Assembly (NCBI GenBank): GCA_020356025.1
Contig: CP070630.1
Location: 1,831,697-1,895,696 of the forward strand
From: Dehalococcoidia bacterium
GTDB taxonomy: Bacteria; Chloroflexota; Dehalococcoidia; SM23-28-2
DNA: 64,000 nucleotides
Direction of reading: 5' to 3'
A program made the position numbers and the translations under genes. Under the pieces are notes generated by a model that was not told the DNA's origin, did not search any database, and was given only the letters and a program-made list of their open reading frames with translations. Below, one piece after another: positions 20,059 through 29,126 of the stretch. Every line of letters begins with the position of its first letter. Within the stretch, counting starts at the first letter, position 1.

Positions 20059-21300
20059 CTAGGCCTCCTCTCCGTAGACCACAGCTCCCAGCTCCTTGAC
20101 CAGCCGCGCCCGCGTCGGTCGGTACTGAGGCCGCCCCCGCCCCAGCAGTTGCGCCCACGCCACTATCAGGACCACCGCCAGCACCAGGTTGGCGATGGCA
20201 AAGCCAGGTAGCACCGCCTCCGCTGCCAGGTCGTTCTCCTGCCACAGAAGAACCTCTAGCCCGGCAAAGAAGATGTTGATCAGCGCCAGAGGCAGCAGGG
20301 CCTTCCAGGCGAAGCCCATGAGCTGATCGATGCGCAGGCGAGGCAGCGTGCCCCGCATCCAGATGAAGAACCAAAACAAACCGTAAAGCTTGACCAGGAA
20401 GATCATCCAGCCGGGAACCCACTCCTCCAGCCCCCACAAGGTCCAGCCGCCCAGATAGAGGGTGGCGATGATCGCAGCGATGGCAAAGCCGGCAAAGTAC
20501 TCGGCCAGCCAGAACATGCCGAACTTCACCCCCGAGTACTCGGTGTGATAGCCGGCCACGATCTCCGACTCCGCCTCGGCGATGTCGGTAGGCGTGCGGT
20601 TGATCTCCACGGCGCCGGCGATGAAGTAGATGAGGACAGCCAGCGGCTGCAGGAAGATCAGCCAGGTGTTGTGCTCATCCTGCCAGCCCACGATGCCGTT
20701 CATCCGCATGGTGTTGGTGAAGATCACCACCCCCAGCAGAGCCAGCACCAGCGGTATCTCGTAGCTGATGAGCATGGCCACTTCCCGCATCGCCCCCATC
20801 AAAGAGAACTTGTTGTTGGATGACCAGCCCGCCATGAATATGGGGATGGCAGTGACCGACCCGACAGCGACCAAGAACAGAACGCCCACATTCAGGTCGG
20901 CCAGGATCATGCCCTCGTTGAAAGGCATGACGGCAAACACCACCAGCGCCGGAACCACCACCAGTATCGGCGCCAGCCAGAACACCCATCGGTCGGCGTT
21001 GGCGCTGGTGATCGCCTCCTTGGTAACGAACTTGATGGCGTCCGCGATGCTCTGGAACGCGCCCCAGGGCCCAACCCTGTTCGGACCCCTTCGCGCCTGG
21101 ATGCGGCCGATCAGCCGTCGCTCCAGCCAAGCAAAAACGAGCAGGCTGACCAGCAGGAAAACAACGATGGTGATGGCGCCGACAAGCGCCGATGCAGTGT
21201 AGGGCAACCAGTCAGGACCGTGATCGCCCAGCCATTCCAGCAATTCCCCCACAGCGTTGCCCAGGTCGCGCACGTCCCACCATTCGGCCAGGAAGATCAT
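20059..21300 (-). CDS. nuoH: NADH-quinone oxidoreductase subunit H (with N- and C-terminal extensions)
   Basis: RRGPNRVGPWGAFQSIADAIKF signature; 413 aa, longer than a typical NuoH. Confidence 0.9.
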   Translation of the reverse strand: MIFLAEWWDVRDLGNAVGELLEWLGDHGPDWLPYTASALVGAITIVVFLLVSLLVFAWLERRLIGRIQARRGPNRVGPWGAFQSIADAIKFVTKEAITSANADRWVFWLAPILVVVPALVVFAVMPFNEGMILADLNVGVLFLVAVGSVTAIPIFMAGWSSNNKFSLMGAMREVAMLISYEIPLVLALLGVVIFTNTMRMNGIVGWQDEHNTWLIFLQPLAVLIYFIAGAVEINRTPTDIAEAESEIVAGYHTEYSGVKFGMFWLAEYFAGFAIAAIIATLYLGGWTLWGLEEWVPGWMIFLVKLYGLFWFFIWMRGTLPRLRIDQLMGFAWKALLPLALINIFFAGLEVLLWQENDLAAEAVLPGFAIANLVLAVVLIVAWAQLLGRGRPQYRPTRARLVKELGAVVYGEEA

Positions 21301-22403
21301 CAGCGGTCAACCTCGCCCAGAACGATGTCGATGCTACCCAGAGTGACGACGGCGTCGGGGATGGTCAGACCCACCACCATATCACGCAGTGGTGTCAGAT
21401 TGATGAAGGACGGCGAGCGAATGTGAAACCGCTGCGGATGGGGGCTGCCATCGCTCACCAGGTAGAAGCCCAGCTCCCCTTTGGGCGCCTCGATGCGAGC
21501 GTATGCCTCGCCTGCCGGCGGTCGCAGAGCCAGAGGGACCTCCACGCTGGCCACCCCATCCGGCAGCATGTCGAGCGCCTGCTCCAGGATGCGCACGCTT
21601 TGCCGCAGTTCCTCCAAACGCACCAGAAAGCGATCGTAGCAATCGCCGCGCGTGCCCACCGGGATGTCGAAATCCAGCCGATCGTACACCGCGTAGGGGT
21701 CGGCCTTGCGGATGTCCCACATCACGCCGCTGCCCCGCAGCACCGGCCCGCTCGTCGAAGCGGCGATGGCTAGCTCAGGCGGTAGTACGCCAACATCCCG
21801 CGAGCGTACGAGTATGATCTCGTTCTCCAGCAAGAGAGACTCGTACTCGGCGATGCGTTCGGGCAGTTCCTTCACTAGAGCCGTAGCGGCAGGCATGAAC
21901 TCCGGCGGGATGTCGAACGACACTCCGCCGATTCGCACATAGTTGGTGGTCAGGCGCGCGCCGCAGGTCATCTCAAACAGGTCGAGGATCTTCTCCCTGT
22001 CGCGGAACATCCACATCAACGGCGTGAACCAGACGCCGCACTCCATGGCAAACGACCCGATCGCCATGGCGTGGTTGGCGATGCGCTGGAACTCGGCCAT
22101 GATCACCCGCAGGAACTCGCCTCGCTCGGGCACCTCGATGCCCATCAGCTTCTCCACCGCCATGCAGTACGCCAGGTTGTTGGACATCGCCGACAGATAA
22201 TCGAGCCGGTCGGTGAAGGGAATGTTCTGAGTGTAGGTGCGCCCCTCGGCCAGCTTCTCCACGCTGCGATGGAGATAGCCCATCACCATCTCGGCATCGA
22301 CGATCCTCTCGCCGTCCATTGTCAGCCGTAGCCGAAAGACGCCGTGCGTGCTGGGATGCTGAGGCCCCACGTTCACCACAAACGGCTCGCTCTTCATCGT
22401 CAT
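21300..22403 (-). CDS. nuoD: NADH-quinone oxidoreductase subunit D
   Basis: [17 protein letters not shown]-terminal signature, 367 aa. Confidence 0.92.
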   Translation of the reverse strand: MTMKSEPFVVNVGPQHPSTHGVFRLRLTMDGERIVDAEMVMGYLHRSVEKLAEGRTYTQNIPFTDRLDYLSAMSNNLAYCMAVEKLMGIEVPERGEFLRVIMAEFQRIANHAMAIGSFAMECGVWFTPLMWMFRDREKILDLFEMTCGARLTTNYVRIGGVSFDIPPEFMPAATALVKELPERIAEYESLLLENEIILVRSRDVGVLPPELAIAASTSGPVLRGSGVMWDIRKADPYAVYDRLDFDIPVGTRGDCYDRFLVRLEELRQSVRILEQALDMLPDGVASVEVPLALRPPAGEAYARIEAPKGELGFYLVSDGSPHPQRFHIRSPSFINLTPLRDMVVGLTIPDAVVTLGSIDIVLGEVDR

Positions 22404-22413
22404 GGCACGCTCT

Positions 22414-22905
22414 CTAGTCCTCGCGAGGGAATCGCCCCAGTCCTGGAGTGAGGCCGCCCGGCATCTCCATCCAGTCCTTCCGCAGGGGATGGCCAGCGAA
22501 ACCTTCCCACAGGAAGACCCGCCGCAGGTCGGGATGGCCAGCGAAGCGCACGCCCATCAGGTCGTACACCTCTCGCTCCTGGAGTTCGGCTCCCCGCCAG
22601 ACGGAGACCAGTGACGGCACCTCCGGGTTCTTGTGATCAAGGGCCCGCGTCTTCAGAGTCAGCACGTGGTTCTGGGAGATGGACTGGAGATGATAGACGA
22701 CCTCAAAGTGGTCCAACTGGTCCACCGCGGTCACGCCGATGAGGAAGCCCAAGTCCAGCTCGCCCTCATCGCGCAGGTATGTGGCCACGGCCACCAGCTT
22801 CTCGGGGTGCACCACGACCCATCGAGGCGTGGCCTCTACCACCGCCTCCGGGACGCGTTGGCCAATTCTCTCCCCTACCTCCAGGCCGTCAAGCAGTCGC
22901 GACAT
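22414..22905 (-). CDS. nuoC: NADH-quinone oxidoreductase subunit C
   Basis: 163-aa 30-kDa-subunit-like protein ([27 protein letters not shown]). Confidence 0.88.
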   Translation of the reverse strand: MSRLLDGLEVGERIGQRVPEAVVEATPRWVVVHPEKLVAVATYLRDEGELDLGFLIGVTAVDQLDHFEVVYHLQSISQNHVLTLKTRALDHKNPEVPSLVSVWRGAELQEREVYDLMGVRFAGHPDLRRVFLWEGFAGHPLRKDWMEMPGGLTPGLGRFPRED

Positions 22906-22931
22906 CGTCCACTAGCCAGCGCTTACCACTC

Positions 22932-23303
22932 TCACAGCCACTCCAGCGCCTTCTTTCGCCAGGCATAGATCAGACCGATGGTTAGGATGATGACGAAGAT
23001 GACCGCCTCCACGAAACCGTAGATGGCCACCTTGCGGAAGGCCACCGCCCAGGGGTAGAGGAAAACGGCCTCCACATCGAAGATGACGAACAGGAGGGCG
23101 TAGAAGTAGTAGCGGAAATTGAACTGCACCCAGGCGCTACCCTCGGTGGTAACGCCGCATTCGTAGGTGTCTTCCTTAACGGGGTTTGGCTTGTCGACGC
23201 GGATACGTACGCGGCTGAGCAGCCAGGAGGTCAAGATAGCAGCAAGGGGGAAGGCAATGGCAACTGCCAGAAGAAGCCCCACTTGTCCGTAGTCGGAAAG
23301 CAT
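22932..23303 (-). CDS. nuoA: NADH-quinone oxidoreductase subunit A
   Basis: 123 aa, three TM helices, YECG motif (TYECGV), first gene of the operon. Confidence 0.88.
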   Translation of the reverse strand: MLSDYGQVGLLLAVAIAFPLAAILTSWLLSRVRIRVDKPNPVKEDTYECGVTTEGSAWVQFNFRYYFYALLFVIFDVEAVFLYPWAVAFRKVAIYGFVEAVIFVIILTIGLIYAWRKKALEWL

Positions 23304-23344
23304 CCCCTACCCTGTTTGTGAAATCCGTCGCTTAGCTTCGCGGT

Positions 23345-23373
23345 AGTATAGCATGGGGCATACCTAGCAGCAA
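23345..23373 (-). promoter_or_regulatory. putative nuo operon promoter (TTGCTG-17-TGCTATACT on the minus strand)
   Basis: Complement of cagcaa (23368-23373) and of agtatagca (23345-23353), with a 17-nt spacer. Confidence 0.45.
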
Positions 23374-23492
23374 CGATCGTTCTTGCAGCAGCGGCGACGG
23401 TTTGGTAACGTTTCCAGCGTGATCCATTATCTGATCGTCTGCCTTCGGGCGCCGTAGCGAAGACTACCAGACTAGTCGATGGAGGAGTGATC

Positions 23493-24743
23493 ATGAGCCC
23501 TGACGATCTCTACAAATTCGATCGCAGCGAAGCCCTGATGGAACGTGCCCGCAAGGTGATCCCCGGCGGGATCTACGGCCACAAGAGCCCTGTCTTACTC
23601 GTGCCCGGTGCCTACCCAAGCTTCATGGCCCGCGGCGAAGGCTGTCGCATCTGGGACGTGGACGGCAACGAGTACATCGACTACATGTGCTCCTATGGGC
23701 CCATCGTTCTCGGCCACAACCACCCGCGGGTCGAGGAGGCAGCGGCCGCCGAGCGCAGCCGAGGCGACTCCCACAACCTGCCCGGCGAGGTCTGGGTAGA
23801 GCTGGCCGAGTTGCTCGTCGGCATTACGCCTGCCGCCGACTGGGTGATGTACGCCAAGAATGGCTCGGACGTCACAACCTGGTCGCTTGCCGTCGCCCGT
23901 GCCCACACCCGCCGCAACAAGGCGATCATGGCCGCTGGTGCTTACCACGGTTCTCACGCCTGGTGCTCGCCGGTTCCCACCGGGATCACCGATGCTGATC
24001 GGGCCAACATCCTCACCTTCCAATACAACGACCTCGATGACCTCCGCCGGGTGGTGGCAGAAAACCGCGGCGATGTCGCCGCGATCATCCTCTGCCCCTT
24101 CCGACACGACATGTTTCACAACGAGGAGATGCCCGCCCCCGGCTTCCACCAGGGCGTGCGCGACCTCTGCGACGAAGAGGGCATCGTCCTCGTCCTCGAC
24201 GACATACGGGCCGGCTTCCGCCTTCACCTGGGCGGCTCCGGCGAGATCCTCGGCCTACGGCCAGACCTCATCTGCTACTGCAAGGCGATTGCCAACGGCT
24301 ACTCCCTGGCGGCAGGACTCGGCTGTGAGGAACTGCGCCAGGCAGCCCTAGGCGTTTTCTTCACCGGCACCTACTGGACCGCCACAGTACCGATGGCCGC
24401 CTCCATCGCCACCATCACCACCCTGCGCGAGGAGGGAGGCATCGAGCAGATGGAAGCGATGGGCACGCGCCTCCGCCAGGGCCTCGATCAGCAGGCGCGC
24501 TCGCGAGGCCTGCCCATCACCCAAACGGGACCGCCGGCAGTCCCCTTCATGACCTTCGATGCCGATGAGGGAGCCTTTCAGCGCAGCCGGGTCTTCTGCG
24601 CCGAGGCCTGCCGCCGAGGCGTCTTCTTCCACCCCCACCACAACTGGTTCCTCTCGGCGGCCCACACCGAGGCTGACATCGACGAGACCCTTGGGATCAC
24701 CGACATCGCCTTCGGCATCGTCAAGGAGCAGTTCGGCGACTAG
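23493..24743 (+). CDS. class-III (GSA-aminomutase-like) PLP aminotransferase
   Basis: ORF 23487..24743; ATG 23493 sits 7 nt after GGAGG. Family pattern IPGG..G...P...ARGEGCRIWDVDGNEYIDY and PLP-Lys region YCKAIANGY. Confidence 0.85.
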   Translation: MSPDDLYKFDRSEALMERARKVIPGGIYGHKSPVLLVPGAYPSFMARGEGCRIWDVDGNEYIDYMCSYGPIVLGHNHPRVEEAAAAERSRGDSHNLPGEVWVELAELLVGITPAADWVMYAKNGSDVTTWSLAVARAHTRRNKAIMAAGAYHGSHAWCSPVPTGITDADRANILTFQYNDLDDLRRVVAENRGDVAAIILCPFRHDMFHNEEMPAPGFHQGVRDLCDEEGIVLVLDDIRAGFRLHLGGSGEILGLRPDLICYCKAIANGYSLAAGLGCEELRQAALGVFFTGTYWTATVPMAASIATITTLREEGGIEQMEAMGTRLRQGLDQQARSRGLPITQTGPPAVPFMTFDADEGAFQRSRVFCAEACRRGVFFHPHHNWFLSAAHTEADIDETLGITDIAFGIVKEQFGD

Positions 24744-24746
24744 GGA

Positions 24747-25430
24747 ATGCTCATCGATCTGCACTGCCATACCTTCCCCCTCTCCAACGATAGCTTCCTC
24801 TCCCCCGATCAGCTCATCGAAAGAGCCAAGGCCGTGGGACTGGACGGCGTCTGCCTCACCGAGCACGACTCCGTATGGCAGCCGCTCAAGGTACGCGAGT
24901 TAGCGGAGCGGCACAACTTCCTGATCATCCCCGGCATCGAACTGAACACCGAGGACGGCCACATTCTTGTCTTCGGCCTCGACCGCCACGTCACCGGCAT
25001 GTACCGGCTCCCACAACTGGCCCGGCTCGTCACGGAAGCCGGCGGAGCGCTGGTCTATCCCCACCCTTACCGCCAGTTCACGCCCCTGCTTCGTATGGAC
25101 GATGACTTCTGGACGATGGCCCTAGAGCGAGCCGTGGCCAGCCCGGCCTTCCAGCATGTGTGCGCTCTCGAGGCCATCAACGGCCGCTCTACCCAGGAAG
25201 AGAACCTCTTCTCCTGGCAACTGTGCGCTCGCCTGGGCCTGCCCGCCGTCGCCGGCAGCGATGCCCACGACCCCAGCGACGTCGGCACCTGCGCCACCCG
25301 CTTCCAGCGGTCCATCGCTGATGTGGAAGACCTGGTGCGGGAGCTCAAGTCCGGTCGCTTTCACGCCGTCAACCTGAGAGCGCAGAGCGAAGCTACAGAG
25401 GAGACGCGGCTTGCCCCACCACTTGATTGA
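24747..25430 (+). CDS. PHP-domain metal-dependent phosphoesterase
   Basis: MLIDLHCHT...LTEHD...AGSDAHD motifs. Confidence 0.85.
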   Translation: MLIDLHCHTFPLSNDSFLSPDQLIERAKAVGLDGVCLTEHDSVWQPLKVRELAERHNFLIIPGIELNTEDGHILVFGLDRHVTGMYRLPQLARLVTEAGGALVYPHPYRQFTPLLRMDDDFWTMALERAVASPAFQHVCALEAINGRSTQEENLFSWQLCARLGLPAVAGSDAHDPSDVGTCATRFQRSIADVEDLVRELKSGRFHAVNLRAQSEATEETRLAPPLD

Positions 25431-25455
25431 CGGCTTATCTTGCCTGCGGTATGCT
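25427..25455 (+). promoter_or_regulatory. putative promoter TTGACG-17-TATGCT for the MaoC pair
   Basis: ttgacg 25427-25432, 17-nt spacer, tatgct 25450-25455; followed by GAGGAGG and ATG 25496. Confidence 0.4.
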
Positions 25456-25495
25456 CCTTCAGGCACACGCAAGGCTTAACCGAGGAGGTAGACAG

Positions 25496-25969
25496 ATGGC
25501 TGAAGCCTCAGTAATAACCGACGAGATGCGATCGTTCATCGGCCAGGAATCAGAACCTGTCACCATCGAGGTGGACAAGACGGCCGTCCGCATGTTCGCT
25601 CGCGCCGTCGGCTATACGGACCTCATCTACTACGACGAGGAGTACGCCAAGGGCAAAGGCTATCGCAGCCTGCCGGCCCCCATGGGCTGCCTGGGCCACC
25701 CCATCTTCAGGCCGGACATCCCTTCCCGCCCCGCTTACGTCCCACCCTTCAAGAGCCCCTACAAGCGCGTCCTCAACGGCGGCACCGATATCGAGTACTA
25801 CGAGCCGATCTGCGCCGGCGACGTCCTCACCGCCACCACCAAGGTCGCCGACCTCACCGAGCGCACGGCAAGCATCGGGCCGATGCTGCTCGTCACCGGC
25901 GAGACCACCTACAAGAACCAGAAGGGTAAGGTAGTCGCCAGATTCCGCGGCGTTCTCATCCAGTACTAG
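25496..25969 (+). CDS. MaoC_dehydrat_N / FAS1-like hot-dog protein (hydratase partner subunit)
   Basis: Start trimmed to ATG 25496 (SD gaggagg 25482-25488); ITDEMRSFIGQESEPVTIEVDKTAVRMFARAVGYTD is typical of N-terminal-type MaoC hot-dog proteins. Confidence 0.75.
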   Translation: MAEASVITDEMRSFIGQESEPVTIEVDKTAVRMFARAVGYTDLIYYDEEYAKGKGYRSLPAPMGCLGHPIFRPDIPSRPAYVPPFKSPYKRVLNGGTDIEYYEPICAGDVLTATTKVADLTERTASIGPMLLVTGETTYKNQKGKVVARFRGVLIQY

Positions 25970-25980
25970 GAGGAGAGAGC

Positions 25981-26412
25981 ATGAGCGACCAAGTCTACTT
26001 CGAAGACGTCCAGGAGGGTCAAGAGATACCCTCGCTAACCGAGAAGTGCACCTCTCAGCGCCTGGTGATGTGGGCGGCCGGCTCGGGCGACTTCTATCAG
26101 ATCCACTATGACAAGGACTTCGCCCAGAACACCGGCCTGCCCGACCGCATCACCCACGGCGCCCTCAAGCACGCCCTGCTGGGCCGCCTGCTCCACGAGT
26201 GGGTGGGCGACCAGGGTCGGGTCAAGCGCGTGGCCTGTCAGTACCGCGGCATGGACATGGTGAATCAGGATGTCATCTGCCACGGCCGTATCACCAAGAA
26301 GTCTCAGCAGGGCGGCGAGAACATCGTGGAGCTGGAGATTTGGGCCGAGACTCCTCAGGGGCAGAAGACGACGCCGGGCACCGGCGTGGTGTCTCTGCCC
26401 TCCCGAGGGTAG
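25981..26412 (+). CDS. MaoC-like (R)-specific enoyl-CoA hydratase hot-dog subunit
   Basis: 143 aa; WAAGSGDFYQIHYDKDFA...ITHGAL matches the MaoC hydratase motif region. Confidence 0.8.
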   Translation: MSDQVYFEDVQEGQEIPSLTEKCTSQRLVMWAAGSGDFYQIHYDKDFAQNTGLPDRITHGALKHALLGRLLHEWVGDQGRVKRVACQYRGMDMVNQDVICHGRITKKSQQGGENIVELEIWAETPQGQKTTPGTGVVSLPSRG

Positions 26413-26448
26413 GAGAAGGAATAGTAGCCGCCTAGCCCATACAAACGA

Positions 26449-26497
26449 GAAACGGGCGGATCGTAATCCTGCTTCGTCGTCCGCCCGTTTTCTTTTC
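26449..26497. terminator. bidirectional intrinsic-terminator-like hairpin between the MaoC gene and the convergent GNAT gene
   Basis: gaaacgggcgga (26449-26460) pairs with tccgcccgttt (26480-26490), followed by tcttttct. Confidence 0.55.
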
Positions 26498-27042
26498 TAC
26501 CGTCTGGCCGTATGCTCCAGCCGTCGCAGTTTCTCCATCAGCAAGAAGTCGCGACCATCGCGCCGTACCAGGCCGCGTGGCAGGAACCCCGCCTTCTGGA
26601 AGCAACGCTGAGCGCGCACGTTCCAGTCGAGGGTGTGAAGGAACATCCGTCGCAGGCCCTTCTCCCTGAACACCAGCCTCGCCAGAGCCTCTACGGCGTC
26701 GCTGCCGTAGCCCTGGCCCCAGTAGCGCCGGTCGCCGATGGTGATGCCCAGCTCGGCCTCGCCCATCGCTTCCCTCAGGTTGTAGTACATAGCGTTGCCG
26801 ATGTGACGACCACCCTCGTCCTCGATAGCATACGAGCGCTTCGCCGCATCAGGATAGCGGAGCTGAGCCTGCAACGAGGCCACGAAGTCAGAGAAAGAGA
26901 GGCGTAGAGGCGGCACAGCGTCATAGCTGGCCAGCTCCTCGTCGCTACGCCAGTCGTAGTCCTCCTTGGCGTCGGACAGACGCTTACGCCGAAGGATAAC
27001 CCTCCTACCGCGAGCAACCACATCATCCGCGAGCGTGTTCAC
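26497..27042 (-). CDS. GNAT-family N-acetyltransferase (RimJ/RimL-like)
   Basis: 181 aa; RRYWGQGYGSDAVEAL...NVRAQRCFQKAGF acetyl-CoA-binding region. Confidence 0.82.
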   Translation of the reverse strand: MNTLADDVVARGRRVILRRKRLSDAKEDYDWRSDEELASYDAVPPLRLSFSDFVASLQAQLRYPDAAKRSYAIEDEGGRHIGNAMYYNLREAMGEAELGITIGDRRYWGQGYGSDAVEALARLVFREKGLRRMFLHTLDWNVRAQRCFQKAGFLPRGLVRRDGRDFLLMEKLRRLEHTARR

Positions 27043-27500
27043 GACCGCTCTCCCTGACCCTCGATCAGAGCCACCGCCTTGCGAACCACCTTCACCTCAT
27101 TGTCATAGCTCAAGGTCTTACAGGCTTCCTCCAGCGGGAACCAGTCAACTCTATCGTACTCCCAATCGTGGTCGTCAAGGCTCCCACCAGTGGCGACCAT
27201 CAGATAATGATGGACGAACTTATGGTACCGCACACCCTCCCGAGCGAACCAGTACTCTATGGTGTCGATCTTGGCTTCGATAGCCACCAGCAGGCCCGTC
27301 TCCTCACCCACCTCACGTACAGCCGTTTCCTCCAGGCTCTCGTTGGCGTCGGGCGTTCCCTTGGGAAGGCCCCATATGCCCTCGGCCGTCCGACCGCAAA
27401 GCACCACCTCGATACCCTCTTGCCCTCGCCGATAGACGACGCCCCCAGCCGAAACGGCCCGTTCCAGCGGCAACTTCTTGGATGACGCGCCCTTGGCCAT
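27039..27500 (-). CDS. NUDIX hydrolase
   Basis: Nudix box GLPKGTPDANESLEETAVREVGEETGL. Confidence 0.88.
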   Translation of the reverse strand: MAKGASSKKLPLERAVSAGGVVYRRGQEGIEVVLCGRTAEGIWGLPKGTPDANESLEETAVREVGEETGLLVAIEAKIDTIEYWFAREGVRYHKFVHHYLMVATGGSLDDHDWEYDRVDWFPLEEACKTLSYDNEVKVVRKAVALIEGQGERS

Positions 27501-27506
27501 GTAGAG

Positions 27507-28427
27507 TTAAGGGCTAAAGGAGAGGGGGTCCTCAGTGAAATCCACCACTGACAAGGCTTCCTCCACCGCCTCTCGCATGCCTTGTGAGGGGCCCTCCAGA
27601 TAGCGCAGCAGGACAGCCCTCGCCTGGCGGCCCCCGATTTCCCCAAGAGCAGCGATGGTGACCTCCCTCACTTCGATGTCCTCGTCTTCTAGAAGAGGAG
27701 CCAGATGGAGAACCGCCGCCTCCTCAGCCAGCAAACCACAAGCCAGAGCCGCTTCATAGCGCATCTCAGGGTCCTCGCTCTTGAGTTCCTCGAAAAGGAT
27801 GGGTAGCCATGAGGGATCGCAGTTGCGCCCCATAGCATGGATGCCGCTCACCCTGAGACGCTGATTGTCGCTCCTGTACGCCCTGTCGATAGCCTCCCGA
27901 ACCCAGGGCAGGCTGCAGGCACCGATGGCCTCCAGTGCCCTGCCTCGCACCTCCAGTTCCTGGCCCTCATCGTCGATGGTCCGCCGAAGCGCCTGCTCCA
28001 CCTGGCGAAAGTAGCGGTCGGGCAGGGAGCCAAACTCGCACTGAAGAACGAAGCGGCCCAAGGCTAGGGCCGCCTCCGCTCTCACGAACGCACTGTCATC
28101 CGATTGCAGCAGGCCGATAAGCCGTTCGATGAGGTCGCGCTGCTCGTACTCCCACAGGCCGCGAATGGCAACCGCCCTCACCTCGGGGTCAGCGTCGGAA
28201 AGGCAGGCCAGAAAGATGGCGTCGAAGTTCAGCTCTACGTTATCTTCGGCCAGTTCCCCCAGTTGACGCACCATCTGGCGACGGCGCTCTATCCCAATCT
28301 CAGGCCACGCGTCCAGGAAGGCCCTCTCTTCCTCGTCGACCAGATGCGAGAGATGCAGCAGCTTGGTCGCCTTCAGTGGGCGGCCTTCATCTTTCAGGTC
28401 AGCCAGATACTCCTGAAAGGTCGTCAT
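27507..28427 (-). CDS. HEAT-repeat protein
   Basis: 306 aa of repeated helical DP.VR..A...LG units (DADPEVRAVAIRGL, SEDPEMRYEAALACG, DEDIEVREVTIAALG). Confidence 0.7.
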   Translation of the reverse strand: MTTFQEYLADLKDEGRPLKATKLLHLSHLVDEEERAFLDAWPEIGIERRRQMVRQLGELAEDNVELNFDAIFLACLSDADPEVRAVAIRGLWEYEQRDLIERLIGLLQSDDSAFVRAEAALALGRFVLQCEFGSLPDRYFRQVEQALRRTIDDEGQELEVRGRALEAIGACSLPWVREAIDRAYRSDNQRLRVSGIHAMGRNCDPSWLPILFEELKSEDPEMRYEAALACGLLAEEAAVLHLAPLLEDEDIEVREVTIAALGEIGGRQARAVLLRYLEGPSQGMREAVEEALSVVDFTEDPLSFSP

Positions 28428-28453
28428 CTCCCCACTTACATTTTATGAAATGA

Positions 28454-29122
28454 TCACACCCTTTGTGGAGGCCCCTGAAGACGTCTTTGCCCCCCCTTAC
28501 CTATCTTCGGCTCCGTGCCAGCCAGCAGCCGCTGAATGTTCCCCCGATGCTGGAACAGCACCAGCGCTGACGCAATGCCGCCGAATATGGCGAAGGCGTA
28601 GGGAACGATGCCCGCCACTGCTAACCCTAAGAAGGCAGACCCTCCCATGAGAACGGTCGTCACCGACATGAGCGACATGTAGCGGAAAGTCAGAACGATG
28701 GCTACCGCCACCGCCAGCAGACCGGGCACGGTCAGGGGAAAGAACAGCATAGCAGCGAACGCCCCGTAGCTCGCGGCAACCCCCTTGCCTCCCCTGAACC
28801 CCAAGTACACCGGCCAATCATGACCGATGATCGCTGCCACTCCCGCTGCCGCCTGGAGGTTATGAGCTGTGTTCGCCCCTTCATAGGGCTCAAAGATGTA
28901 CCAGATAGCAAGGACGGTCACATACACCTTGAGGATATCAGCCACAAGAACCAGGAGAGCCGGCCGAAGCCCCAGGCTACGCAGGACATTCGCGGTACCC
29001 GTCGCCCCACTGCCGTACTCACGAATATCGATGCCTCGCGTGAACTTCCCCGCCAGCCACCCGCTGGGAATGGCCCCCATCAGGTAGCCCACCAAGGCGA
29101 CAACGACGTACTGCCAGATCAT
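28454..29122 (-). CDS. plsY: glycerol-3-phosphate acyltransferase PlsY
   Basis: YLMGAIPSG and GSGATGTANVLR motifs; ATG at 29122 preferred over upstream GTG 29137. Confidence 0.88.
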   Translation of the reverse strand: MIWQYVVVALVGYLMGAIPSGWLAGKFTRGIDIREYGSGATGTANVLRSLGLRPALLVLVADILKVYVTVLAIWYIFEPYEGANTAHNLQAAAGVAAIIGHDWPVYLGFRGGKGVAASYGAFAAMLFFPLTVPGLLAVAVAIVLTFRYMSLMSVTTVLMGGSAFLGLAVAGIVPYAFAIFGGIASALVLFQHRGNIQRLLAGTEPKIGKGGQRRLQGPPQRV

Positions 29123-29126
29123 CCCC

